This document shows, in pieces, positions 50,495 to 60,806 of a DNA stretch of 64,000 nt (positions within the stretch are counted from its first letter, which is position 1; each line of letters opens with the position of its first letter). The notes below the pieces were generated by a model. That model was not told the DNA's origin and did no database searches. It was given only the letters and a program-made list of their open reading frames with translations. Origin of the DNA: Nitrosopumilaceae archaeon (GTDB taxonomy: Archaea > Thermoproteota > Nitrososphaeria > Nitrososphaerales > Nitrosopumilaceae); NCBI GenBank assembly GCA_965207375.1, contig OZ242274.1:864001-928000 (forward strand). The letters run 5' to 3'. The position numbers and the translations under genes are program-made.

Positions 50495-51058
50495 ATGCAA
50501 CTACATTTTATCTTTGTAATTAGGGATGGAGAGTTAGAGGCACGCAGCAAGGAGTTTGAATATGTCAAAGAAATGGCAAAGTTTTTTGCAGTATGGGCCA
50601 AAGAAAAATTTTCAAAGGATTTTACTATACAGTCTGATATCATGATTACAAAACCCCGTGGACTGTTTCGGCGCCTTGACACACATACGCTGATAGATGA
50701 TCACCGTTCCCGTGGACAAGACATTTATCATTTCTATCTGGCACACTTTAGACCTTTTTGGACCGATTGCACATGTGAAGGGTATCATGCAGAAAACTTT
50801 GGTATGATCTGGTGGCAGAAACCAAAAGACGATGACAAATTATTTTTGGCAGAAAAAAACTGCACTACAGTATCTCATGAAATTGCCCACGAACTGTTAA
50901 GACAAAATGGCGTCAAAAAATTCACCACTCTAGTTCATGACACATGGGTAAAACATTTTTTTGCTGATCTGCCATTTGAGCAATATGGCTCTGATTTTAA
51001 ACCTACAACTGACAAGCCACATTTTTTAACCATTGATACCCAGAGTCTACAGATATAG
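50495..51058 (+). CDS. Hypothetical protein with zincin-like HExxH
   Basis: VSHEIAHE. Confidence 0.7.
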   Translation: MQLHFIFVIRDGELEARSKEFEYVKEMAKFFAVWAKEKFSKDFTIQSDIMITKPRGLFRRLDTHTLIDDHRSRGQDIYHFYLAHFRPFWTDCTCEGYHAENFGMIWWQKPKDDDKLFLAEKNCTTVSHEIAHELLRQNGVKKFTTLVHDTWVKHFFADLPFEQYGSDFKPTTDKPHFLTIDTQSLQI

Positions 51059-51134
51059 TATTTACAATCTTTGCATTGTGTTATACTATATCTTTGGATT
51101 ATCTTGATATTTTTTAAAACCAAACAAAATGCAT

Positions 51135-51770
51135 TTAGCATTTAGTTACAGAGTAAATATTGTTTTCAAAATTAGCCGTTTTAAAATCAAGTTTGTTTTC
51201 TGGATCATTTGATCTTGCCTTGTTAAGATTTTCTAATTCTACTAGCGCCTCTCCCTTGAATCCAACAGATGAGCCAAAGACTGCATCAGTTAGCATCGTT
51301 CCATGATCTCCCTTTTTGATGTCATCTACAATTGTGTAAAATTTTATGGTGTCTCTTTTGTTTACCTGTTTTCCGGTTGCCTTGTTTGTTGCAACTGCAA
51401 TGTACATTCCATTATTTTTTACTGCCACAGGTAACTTGTGGTTTTTACCTGATGCGCCAGGAATGGACTCGTTGATTAAAACCTCACACTTGTGGTACAT
51501 GCTAGATACATAAGCATAGAATCTGTATTGGGCAAAGTGACCTGCCTCATCTTCTTTGCATTCGACAAATATTCTGTGCAACAGTTCTAATGCCTCATCA
51601 TTCATGCTTTGTAATCTGTCATCTATGCGTCCCCGTTCCAACAATTCTGAATTGCATTCTTTTGAAACAAGCTCTAAAATGAAATCTGGCAGATTGTAAT
51701 TTTTTAATGCAGCAACAAACGATCCTGCCTGCGACATTCCGAATTTTGGAAAACCTTTGTTGACCATCAA
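51135..51770 (-). CDS. Conserved hypothetical protein
   Basis: 211-aa ORF; GASGKNH suggests a restriction-endonuclease-like C-terminal fold. Confidence 0.7.
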   Translation of the reverse strand: MMVNKGFPKFGMSQAGSFVAALKNYNLPDFILELVSKECNSELLERGRIDDRLQSMNDEALELLHRIFVECKEDEAGHFAQYRFYAYVSSMYHKCEVLINESIPGASGKNHKLPVAVKNNGMYIAVATNKATGKQVNKRDTIKFYTIVDDIKKGDHGTMLTDAVFGSSVGFKGEALVELENLNKARSNDPENKLDFKTANFENNIYSVTKC

Positions 51771-51860
51771 AATCTACCCCTAACTCTCCTCGTTTACAAA
51801 AATAGCTGTTTTGGCTTATAATTGTTAAGGAATAAATCCAAGCCATTTGGGAATATTTGT

Positions 51861-54128
51861 GTGAAAATAGAAACAACTGCCGATTTGGTATCTAATGTTT
51901 ATAAAAAAATTGATGAAAAATCTGCCAATTACCGTAAAATTATCAACAGACCATTGACGCTGGCTGAAAAAATTCTATCTGGACATTTTCATCAAATCCC
52001 TGACAAAAATCTTGATCATGGCAAAAATTATGTTTTTCTAAGACCTGATAGAGTTGCATTACAAGATGTAACCGGTCAAATGGTAATGCTACAGTTTATG
52101 CTAGCAGGACTAAAACAGACGACGCTTCCAACAACTGTTCACTGTGATCATCTCATCCGTGCACAAATACAGGGAGATGCCGACATGAAGACATCCCTTG
52201 ATGAAAACAGCGAGGTTTTTCAATTTCTACAATCATCTTCTAGCAAGTACGGTGTAGGATTTTGGAAACCGGGAGCTGGCATCATTCATCAGGTAATTTT
52301 AGAAAATTATGCATTTCCTGGAGGACTGATGATTGGAACAGACTCTCACACTCCAAATGCCGGAGGACTAGGCATGCTTGCAATCGGAGTGGGAGGCGTG
52401 GATGCTGCCGAGACAATGGCCGGAATGCCTTGGGAGCTTCTTTATCCAAAACGCATCGGCATAAAACTTGTAGGCAAGCTTCAGGGATGGAGCGCACCAA
52501 AAGATATAATTTTAAAGGTTGCACAAAGTCTGACAGTTTCTGGTGGAACAAATTCCATTGTTGAATACTTTGGTCCTGGCACAGAATCAATCAGCTGTAC
52601 AGGAAAGGCAACCATTACAAACATGGGTGCAGAAATTGGCGCAACCTGTTCTGTGTTTCCTTATGATATTCGAATGGAGACATTTCTAAAAAGCACAAAC
52701 CGCAGGCACATTGCAGAGCTTGCAAATAAAAACAAACATCTTTTGACTGCTGATCCTGAAATAGAACAGTGTCCTGAAAAATATTTTGACAAGGTAATTG
52801 AAATCAACTTATCGACACTAGAGCCCCACGTTGTAGGACCTCACACCCCTGACCTAGCAAGACCCATATCAAAACTAGAATCAGACGTCCAATCAGAAAA
52901 CTATGTTGATGATATCTCTGTTGCATTAATTGGAAGCTGTACAAATTCTTCGTATGAGGATATGTCTCGTGCAGCTAGTCTTGCAGAGCAGGCAAAAGCC
53001 AAAGGACTTTGCTCAAAGGTTCCATTGCTAGTAACTCCAGGCTCTGAACAAATACGCAGTACCATACAGCGTGACGGTCAGATGCAATCCCTTGTAGATA
53101 TTGGCGCAACCGTCCTAGCAAATGCATGTGGCCCTTGTATCGGCCAATGGAGGCGGCCAGAATTAAAGGAGGATGAACAAAACACGATTGTAACCTCATT
53201 TAACCGAAATTTCCCGGGGCGCAACGACGGCAGGCGCCAAACCTTTAACTTTATTGCTAGTCCTGAGATGATAATTGCCCTAGCATTAGGCGGAAGTCTC
53301 TCCTTTAACCCAATAACTGACCAATTAACTGCAGCTGACGGTTCTAAATTCAAACTAGAGCCTCCTGCACCTGCCCCAGAGGTCCCAGATAACGGCTTTA
53401 AAACCCCAGAGGGCATATATCTTGCGCCATCTGATGATCCTGACTCTGTCAAGGTAATAATTGATCCTGCAAGCAAACGACTGCAAAAGTTAATGCCGTT
53501 TGATGCTTGGGATGGAGGGGACTTTGTTTCGCTGCCTTTGATGGTAAAGGCCAAGGGAAAGTGCACTACCGATCATATCTCTCCTGCGGGGCCATGGTTA
53601 TCTTTTAGGGGGCATCTTGATAATCTCAGTGACAACATGCTTTTAGGTGCAGTCAATGCATTTACCGGCGATGTGGGCAAGGGACGCAACATACTGTCAC
53701 ATGAAACTGACATGTTTCCTAGTATTGCACGAGACTATAAGAAAAATAATCTAAAATGGATAATTGTGGGCGATGACAACTATGGCGAAGGCAGTAGCAG
53801 AGAACACGCTGCCATGACTCCAAGATATCTTAATTGTGCTGCCGTAATTACCAAAAGTTTTGCACGAATTCACGAAACTAATCTCAAAAAGCAGGGAGTA
53901 TTGGCACTTGTCTTTGAAAATCCTGACGATTATGACAGAATTTGCGAATCTGACAAAATCAGTATAGTTGATTTGCAAAATCTGGCACCTGATGAATCTG
54001 TCAGATGCATACTTGCTCATCAGGATGGTACACAAGACGAGATTTCCTTGATACATTCTTACAACAATGCCCAAATTCAATGGTTCAAGGCAGGATCTGC
54101 ACTAAACGTTCTTAGAGCAAAACAATAA
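51861..54128 (+). CDS. Aconitate hydratase (mitochondrial-like)
   Basis: HCDHLI, GTDSHT, IGSCTNSS, ACGPCIG, TTDHISP, GSSREHA. Confidence 0.95.
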   Translation: MKIETTADLVSNVYKKIDEKSANYRKIINRPLTLAEKILSGHFHQIPDKNLDHGKNYVFLRPDRVALQDVTGQMVMLQFMLAGLKQTTLPTTVHCDHLIRAQIQGDADMKTSLDENSEVFQFLQSSSSKYGVGFWKPGAGIIHQVILENYAFPGGLMIGTDSHTPNAGGLGMLAIGVGGVDAAETMAGMPWELLYPKRIGIKLVGKLQGWSAPKDIILKVAQSLTVSGGTNSIVEYFGPGTESISCTGKATITNMGAEIGATCSVFPYDIRMETFLKSTNRRHIAELANKNKHLLTADPEIEQCPEKYFDKVIEINLSTLEPHVVGPHTPDLARPISKLESDVQSENYVDDISVALIGSCTNSSYEDMSRAASLAEQAKAKGLCSKVPLLVTPGSEQIRSTIQRDGQMQSLVDIGATVLANACGPCIGQWRRPELKEDEQNTIVTSFNRNFPGRNDGRRQTFNFIASPEMIIALALGGSLSFNPITDQLTAADGSKFKLEPPAPAPEVPDNGFKTPEGIYLAPSDDPDSVKVIIDPASKRLQKLMPFDAWDGGDFVSLPLMVKAKGKCTTDHISPAGPWLSFRGHLDNLSDNMLLGAVNAFTGDVGKGRNILSHETDMFPSIARDYKKNNLKWIIVGDDNYGEGSSREHAAMTPRYLNCAAVITKSFARIHETNLKKQGVLALVFENPDDYDRICESDKISIVDLQNLAPDESVRCILAHQDGTQDEISLIHSYNNAQIQWFKAGSALNVLRAKQ

Positions 54129-54132
54129 GACG

Positions 54133-54287
54133 TGGGGCCGACCGGAATCGAACCGGCGACCTACGGGTCACTACAGCTCCAAACTCACATCATTTTTTCA
54201 TCAGTAGTTTGAATTTTAACCTCTGGAGCCCTTAGCGGTGATCTTTTTCGTAGACACTGTCGCCCTACCAGGCTAGGCTACGACCCC
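54133..54287 (-). tRNA. tRNA-Trp(CCA) with two introns (~54232-54258 in anticodon stem; ~54169-54222 at 37/38)
   Basis: Removing the inserts gives ACGGG-CT-CCA-GA-CCCGT; T arm GCCGG-TTCGATT-CCGGT. Confidence 0.85.
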
Positions 54288-54373
54288 ACGAATTATCAGT
54301 TATCAGACTTGAATTTTAAGTTATATTTGGTCAAGCTTTATTTGTCAAAACCTTGTTAATGATTTTATACATA

Positions 54374-54904
54374 ATGGTTAAACCGGTAATTCTGGCAGTG
54401 GCTGCAATTCCTGCAATTTTTGCAATTATGATATCTGTTCCAATGCTGACTAAAACTGAGATCCCATACAGTGCTGCAAATCCCACCGATTCAATCTCAT
54501 TAGAGTATACCACACATCAACTCAAAACGATATCCTTTGGTGTAACAGAACGTGTTGGATCTGTAAAAAGCGAAATTTTAACAGTTGAAAACGATGGTGC
54601 TGCAACTTATACCCTGATTCAACACGGCACCTCAGAGCCTGAAAAAAAATTCAGAGTAGATGAGGCAACCATGCGTAAACTAACTGCATTTATCAAAGAA
54701 ACCGGAATTGTCTCAATTCCTACAGAGTCATTTCCTGTAACCGGTGATATATCAGAGTATCAAAAATCCACATTGAAAATTACACTCAACGACTATGATA
54801 CACAAATCAGCTGGCCAGAACAAAATGCTACTGACAGCTTTATTCCGCCTCTACTTACTCAAATTGAATTAGAACTTGATGATATAGTTGATGCTATTGA
54901 ATAG
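54374..54904 (+). CDS. Membrane-anchored hypothetical protein
   Basis: N-terminal hydrophobic segment; upstream TATA. Confidence 0.7.
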   Translation: MVKPVILAVAAIPAIFAIMISVPMLTKTEIPYSAANPTDSISLEYTTHQLKTISFGVTERVGSVKSEILTVENDGAATYTLIQHGTSEPEKKFRVDEATMRKLTAFIKETGIVSIPTESFPVTGDISEYQKSTLKITLNDYDTQISWPEQNATDSFIPPLLTQIELELDDIVDAIE

Positions 54905-54919
54905 GTACAAATACGGAAT

Positions 54920-55903
54920 ATGCAGATTAATCATATGATTTCATTAGCAGGTGATAATCCAAAAGCCAGAGGAATCGTTGATGGAAATTTAGATTCTGTT
55001 TATACAAAACAAGGAACATCCACCCTTAAGCGAGGTTTTGCCCACATGCTCAAAAACGGAGTAGTAATGGATGTTACAACAGTACAACAGGCCCAAATCG
55101 CAGAAGATGCAGGAGCAGTATCTGTCATGGTTTTAGATAAACTGCCTTCTGATGTCAGAAAGGCAGGAGGAGTTGCAAGAACTGCAAGTATTAAAATAAT
55201 TGAAGAAATAATGGACTCTGTTACCATTCCTGTAATGGCAAAATGCAGAATAGGACATGTGTATGAGGCGCAAGTTTTAGCCCAAACCGACGTTGACATG
55301 ATTGACGAGTCTGAAGTTTTAACTCCTGCTGATGAATCTCGTCACATCTGGAAGTGGGATTTTACTACTCCATTTGTCAACGGTGCAAGATCCCTTTCAG
55401 AGGCGTTAAGAAGAATTGATGAGGGTGCTGCAATGATTAGAACAAAGGGAGAGCCTGGAACCGGAAATGTTGCAGAGGCAATAACTCACATCAAAAAGGT
55501 AAACGAAGAGATACGCACAATAAAGTCCATTTATGATTCTGGGGATAATCAGGATCTAATCAGGATGTCAAGGGAGTTTAGGGTATCTTTTGATTTAGTT
55601 GAGCAAACAGCAAAACTTGGCAGACTACCTGTGGTTAATTTTGCAGCAGGTGGGATTGCAACACCTGCAGATGCTGCATATCTAATGTCCCTAGGATGCG
55701 ATGGAATCTTTGTAGGTTCTGGAATTTTTAACTCTGATGACGCACAAGAGCGGGCACGCTCAATTGTCTTGGCAACAACATTTTGGGACCAACCAGACCG
55801 GGTAAAGGAGGCACAAAAAATGATTGATGAACGCCAATCAATGCTAGGACTAGATGTAAAAACACTGGAATTACGCATGCAGGACAGAGGCGGTCAGGCA
55901 TGA
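54920..55903 (+). CDS. pdxS: PLP synthase subunit PdxS
   Basis: [28 protein letters not shown]. Confidence 0.96.
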   Translation: MQINHMISLAGDNPKARGIVDGNLDSVYTKQGTSTLKRGFAHMLKNGVVMDVTTVQQAQIAEDAGAVSVMVLDKLPSDVRKAGGVARTASIKIIEEIMDSVTIPVMAKCRIGHVYEAQVLAQTDVDMIDESEVLTPADESRHIWKWDFTTPFVNGARSLSEALRRIDEGAAMIRTKGEPGTGNVAEAITHIKKVNEEIRTIKSIYDSGDNQDLIRMSREFRVSFDLVEQTAKLGRLPVVNFAAGGIATPADAAYLMSLGCDGIFVGSGIFNSDDAQERARSIVLATTFWDQPDRVKEAQKMIDERQSMLGLDVKTLELRMQDRGGQA

Positions 55904-56517
55904 CTTTACAGCTGGGCGTTTTGGCAATTCAGGGAAATGTGCATGAAAATGTATTCTCCTTGGAAGATTCTGTACGTGAGTTAAATCAGGATGCTGTTGT
56001 TTTGGCAGTAAAAACACCTAAACAAATAGCTAAACTTGACGGACTGATTATTCCAGGTGGGGAAAGCACCACCATAGGACGGCTCTCGTTGGCAAACGAC
56101 TCTCTGAAGCAAATAAAACAAAGGGTTGAATCTGGAATGCCTGTTTTGGGTATTTGTGCTGGCATGGTTTTGCTTGCAAATGATGCCCGTGATAAAATAG
56201 TGGGAAAAACTGGACAGCCACTGTTTGATTTTTTAGATATTAAACTAGAAAGAAATTCGTTTGGAAGGCAACGTGAGTCTTTTGAGGCTATCGTTTCCTT
56301 GGATTCTATAGGAATCAAAAGACATGACGGTGTCTTTATCCGTGCACCTGCAATTACGTCCGTATCAGGAGATATCACAGTACTGGCAAAGTTGAATGAA
56401 AAAATTATTGCAGTCAAAAAGGGAAACATTATTGGTATTTCATTTCATCCTGAACTCACCGATGATCTGGCAGTGCACAAATACTTTGTAAATTTGGTAA
56501 AAGATTCAAAGCAATGA
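55900..56517 (+). CDS. pdxT: PLP synthase glutaminase PdxT
   Basis: PGGESTT, GICAG, FIRAP, FHPEL. Confidence 0.96.
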   Translation: MTLQLGVLAIQGNVHENVFSLEDSVRELNQDAVVLAVKTPKQIAKLDGLIIPGGESTTIGRLSLANDSLKQIKQRVESGMPVLGICAGMVLLANDARDKIVGKTGQPLFDFLDIKLERNSFGRQRESFEAIVSLDSIGIKRHDGVFIRAPAITSVSGDITVLAKLNEKIIAVKKGNIIGISFHPELTDDLAVHKYFVNLVKDSKQ

Positions 56518-56891
56518 TGTTAAAAGAAATTCTCTCTGATCTAGTTTCTATTGATGATATCTTGTTTGTCATAAGGGCAAATGGTGTTACCGGTGAGATT
56601 CGCAGTGATACCCTTGATATTTTTGAGCGTGAAAAATACATAAATCTTGGAGACAATGACGGGCCCTGTCACATGCATATTAGTAAGGAATTGATAAAAC
56701 GGGCAGAATTTATAACTGAGCAAAAACCTGAACGAATCAGTTTCAGTGTTAGATTCTTTGATGAATATGACAAACGAGTTCTTGCCTGTTTTTTTACAAA
56801 AATGTATGATGATAACGGAGAACTCAAAGAAGACAAAAAGCAGCTATTTGATGAGCTTTGTACAAAGTACAATCAAAAAATAATCTTCTAG
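56514..56891 (+). CDS. ChuX/HutX-like heme-utilisation carrier protein
   Basis: ...GEI...YINL...HMHI...SFSVRFFD pattern. Confidence 0.6.
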   Translation: MMLKEILSDLVSIDDILFVIRANGVTGEIRSDTLDIFEREKYINLGDNDGPCHMHISKELIKRAEFITEQKPERISFSVRFFDEYDKRVLACFFTKMYDDNGELKEDKKQLFDELCTKYNQKIIF

Positions 56892-57722
56892 ATTATCTTT
56901 ACATGCAACTATTTAATTACATACACATGGAGAAAGTTTGTCGATCTCTATGTTTGTTCTATGTTTTAATAATTATGATAGGGATTAAGTAACCTATACA
57001 ACGAACAGTTGCAATGACTAGAACAACTTGTGCAGCAATCATAATTACAATTATGCTTGTATCAGTGGGACTATCTAATGCGATTGTTCCTAATGCCTTT
57101 GCACAAGGCAGCGGTTCATCTGTTGTATGTGGATTGATGCTGTGCTCTGAATATTCTGGAGGTAGAGCAGCATATGAGGAAAACTGGGTTATGGCATTTC
57201 TAAATCCTAACCCTGTGTCCAAAATGCACCATGATGATACACGTGATACTGCTTTGATATCTCCGCACAATGCTGATGCAGAATTTGCAGCAAAGCTTGA
57301 TGTCTTTATCCACAAGTTCGAATTGGACAAGATTTCAGCCCAAGAGGCACTAGATGAAATCGTCAACATTCATAATCAGTATAAAAGTGCAGGAATCACA
57401 TCTGATATCATCGAAGCAGTTGATGAAAAAATCGCTCTGATAAACTCTGGCAAACTCTCAGGAGCTGCTGCAGTTGAGGCAATACACCTGACAGCAGAGC
57501 CACAAAACGTAGATCCTGAATACATTGGGGCGCTAGATGAATATCTGCACAAATTCGAGTTGAACCAATTATCTGCAGATGAATCTATTGCAGGTGTAAT
57601 TGAGGTACACGACGAATTGACTTTACTACATGTTTCCTCTGATCTTGTAGATACAGTTGGCATTCAAATCAACATATACAGATCAGGTGAGGATTCAGCA
57701 GAACACATTTTGGAAAAAATTC

Positions 57723-59504
57723 GTAACTGTTTCGCTTTTTGAAGCTCTCTCAGATAGTCATGCGCAACATCCCCTATCATTTGCAATTTGCCATTACTCA
57801 GGATATAATATACAGAAATAATGCTATCCTGGACTGTAGGAATTTTGTAAAATGTCATAAAAGACAGTATTTTGAATCTTGCTAGTTGCAAGTATTGTAA
57901 ACAGTATGGAATTGGCCTCCATGCCTGCAGCAGAACGATTCCCACCTCCATCATGCCGTATTGATACAAAACGCCGGTTCATTCTCTCCACTCCGTTGTT
58001 GTCAGGTTCAATCCCCTCCATTGTCAGAAACGTAGTGGTGTAGTATCCTTCCCTCCTCCATCTCTTTTGGAACCTGCGTATCGTGCCGTGCTTGTCATCT
58101 GTCCATTCTGCATTCATAAGCTGACGCATTTGACTGTCAAGACAGTTGGCTGCCACCTTTCTTGAGTGCATATCAGTTATCTTGTTTGCAGTATAGTGTT
58201 GCTTGCATAGATGTTCAAGTTCGTTTAGAAACTGTAGTACATCTCCCTTGGGATTGCCGTATTTGATTTCTTTTTTTGGCAGCCGAATCTGGTGTGCCAT
58301 GCACATCTGATGAATCAGTCCTATGTGTAGCCAGCCCGGATACGAGTCATGCGATGAAACTCCCTTGTATCCAGGCAGAAATTTCTTTAATGCCTCTATT
58401 TTTCTGGTTTGGGATACCTCCATCAGACAGTTATTCTTGCCTAGTGCAACTAGCACGTATCCTTGCTTGCCATCAATTGGCCACCAGAACTCGTCACACA
58501 TTAGGTTTTGCTCCTTGAGAATATCTTCTCTTATGGAATCCCGCATGGGTGTACATTTTTTGGCCAATGACATCTTGTCGCGATATGCTGCTGCGCGTGA
58601 TATGTTTACCCCCATTATGTCCTTTGAATGCTCTGCAGTCCTGCCGTGCGACATGCCTGACAGGTTCAAAGATGTGATTGCAGCCGTATGGCTTGATGAT
58701 CTACGCGCATACTTGTCCACTCCTGGAATGGGCTGGGATTTTTGCTTTTTACATTTAGAACACCAGCGTCTTTTCATGTTGAATAGTACGTTTTCCCGTA
58801 TGGTTTGTACAATGGTGGCCACCCTATCGTATTCACTAGTTATCGTTTCTGACATCTTTGCGCCACAGTCAGGACAGCAAGGATCATCTATTGTTTCTTC
58901 TCGGTCTATGTTGTCTGGTCGCCTGTTGATGGTGGCTTTTTGCCCCTTGGGTCTACCCCTAGGTTTGTCCTTGTTACCTGATTTGTCTGCTGCAGTTACT
59001 GCCTTGATGCCGTTTTTCTTTGCTCTTAACTCTTGGTTTGCCTTTTGATACTTTTTGTTGTCTTTGGTAAGAGATGTGTTTTCTATAATCAACCTGTCTG
59101 ATTTCTCTTGCTTTTTGGATATTATCTCAGATACCTCTTTGACATTATTTGTACATGACATCTTGTCAATGCCGGTTTGTTGCAACCACCATTTACAGCA
59201 CCTGCACTCTTTCTCAAGGCACGGTCTATCTGCGTGTGGTATGTTAGATTGGGCCTCAGAACGGGTCAATTCTTTTTGCCCCTGTAATTCTGATTTGATA
59301 CTGCTAATTCATTTAGCTTAAATAGGTAATCTACGAGTCTGTTTTGCTGGTGTGCTTGTTCCATCATTTGAAAGCCGATGGAACATTACATCATGCATGT
59401 TTTAGATAGAATGTAAAGAAAATTAGATCAACAGGTACGAATTACTTGGCAAGCAAATCTGAGGCATATAACTAGATTGAAGCTTCAAAAAGCGAAACAG
59501 TTAC
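57723..59504 (-). mobile_element. IS66-family element
   Basis: Perfect 24-bp TIR GTAACTGTTTCGCTTTTTGAAGCT; 8-bp TSD AAAAATTC at 57715-57722 and 59505-59512. Confidence 0.95.
57824..59269 (-). CDS. IS66-family transposase
   Basis: CPDCG, MCDEFWW, HDSY, QMCMAH, DNNGVER. Confidence 0.9.
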   Translation of the reverse strand: MTRSEAQSNIPHADRPCLEKECRCCKWWLQQTGIDKMSCTNNVKEVSEIISKKQEKSDRLIIENTSLTKDNKKYQKANQELRAKKNGIKAVTAADKSGNKDKPRGRPKGQKATINRRPDNIDREETIDDPCCPDCGAKMSETITSEYDRVATIVQTIRENVLFNMKRRWCSKCKKQKSQPIPGVDKYARRSSSHTAAITSLNLSGMSHGRTAEHSKDIMGVNISRAAAYRDKMSLAKKCTPMRDSIREDILKEQNLMCDEFWWPIDGKQGYVLVALGKNNCLMEVSQTRKIEALKKFLPGYKGVSSHDSYPGWLHIGLIHQMCMAHQIRLPKKEIKYGNPKGDVLQFLNELEHLCKQHYTANKITDMHSRKVAANCLDSQMRQLMNAEWTDDKHGTIRRFQKRWRREGYYTTTFLTMEGIEPDNNGVERMNRRFVSIRHDGGGNRSAAGMEANSILFTILATSKIQNTVFYDILQNSYSPG

Positions 59505-59981
59505 AAAAATTCATAAAATAATTGAATCTAAAAAGGCAGAGATCAAATCTGTAGATGGTCAAATGATACCAAAAGAATTGCCCCCAAATACTGTTGACAT
59601 GCCTGTAGGTTCAGGAATTTTAGGATGTGAGAAAAACAACATGTGCTATGTTCCGACACACTTGACAGTTAGTGCAGGAACCACTGTAACTTGGATTAAT
59701 TCTGATGGTTTAATTCCTCATACAGTAACTGCAGGCTGGCCTGATTCAGATGCAATAGGTCTAGACTATCCCGGAGGCAATGGATTTGACAGTGACTTTA
59801 TGTCCGGCGGTGCCACATTTGAACATACATTTGATGTGCCAGGAGAATATGATTATTACTGTCTGTTACATCCGTGGATGACGGGCTCTATCAATGTAGA
59901 GTAATCCTTTTCTTTTTTTAGTAATTATCTAGATGCTATACATATTGTACAAAAAATGAATACATTTTTTGATCCTGAAAT

Positions 59982-60803
59982 TTACATAGATGTAAAAATA
60001 TACGGCGTATCTTTTTTCTGATCCATGGTCCAGCATGTTGGCAAGACAATTACATTTTTTACATCAAGACCGATTTTGTCAATGACAAAACCCCATCCCA
60101 ATTTTTCCTTGCTTCTTGAGAATTTTTTCAGCTGGAAACTTCCCATAAACACAAATGCTGATTCATTTTTTAGATTCCCATATGTAGATACTTTTGCAAT
60201 GATGCTTTTTGCCAACATCTCGCCCATCTCTGGTAGTCCGCCTATGAAAAATACCGGTTTTGTCAGTCCTAATGTGAGATAGTCAAATTCATCTGCATCT
60301 GCATGTTTTATGCCAAATCTTATGCCTGTGTCTTGTGCTATTTGCTGCTGCAGCTCCGACAAGCTCTCATCAATCTCAATTCCAAAAGACTCTAATCCGA
60401 CAATCTGTCCGCAATATGCAATTCTTCCGTCTCCAGAACCAATATCTACAATTTGCCTCATCCCCAATCTTTTTGATTCTAGTGCCACCTGATATGCTGA
60501 GAGAATCCACGTTGGATAAAATGGCTGATTACTTACATCATGCTTGATGCTGCTTATCCAATATTGATTAATGTCTCCCTCATAAACAACACATGGAATT
60601 TTTAAAATTTCCATTTCAAAGGAATTGTAGTATATTGGGTTTTTCCTAGCAAACTCATGCAGCTTTTCTAGCACCGATATCTCAATTGGAATTAAATCAG
60701 AAGATTCCTTTGGAATGGCCTCCCTAATGTGCCCATTGCCCTTGTATTTTCTAACAAACTCTGCCTTTAATTTTGAAATTGAACTATGTATATGCTCCAT
60801 CAT
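59982..60803 (-). CDS. SAM-dependent methyltransferase-like protein
   Basis: VDIGSGDGRI, GIEID. Confidence 0.75.
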   Translation of the reverse strand: MMEHIHSSISKLKAEFVRKYKGNGHIREAIPKESSDLIPIEISVLEKLHEFARKNPIYYNSFEMEILKIPCVVYEGDINQYWISSIKHDVSNQPFYPTWILSAYQVALESKRLGMRQIVDIGSGDGRIAYCGQIVGLESFGIEIDESLSELQQQIAQDTGIRFGIKHADADEFDYLTLGLTKPVFFIGGLPEMGEMLAKSIIAKVSTYGNLKNESAFVFMGSFQLKKFSRSKEKLGWGFVIDKIGLDVKNVIVLPTCWTMDQKKDTPYIFTSM

Positions 60804-60806
60804 GAC

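Larger units (their letters stand above)
57014..59904 (+). pseudogene. Secreted blue-copper (cupredoxin) protein disrupted by IS66
   Basis: Removing 57723-59512 joins ...HILEKIHKIIESK...MIPKE in frame; type-1 Cu ligands PHTVT and YYCLLHPWM. Confidence 0.9.
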
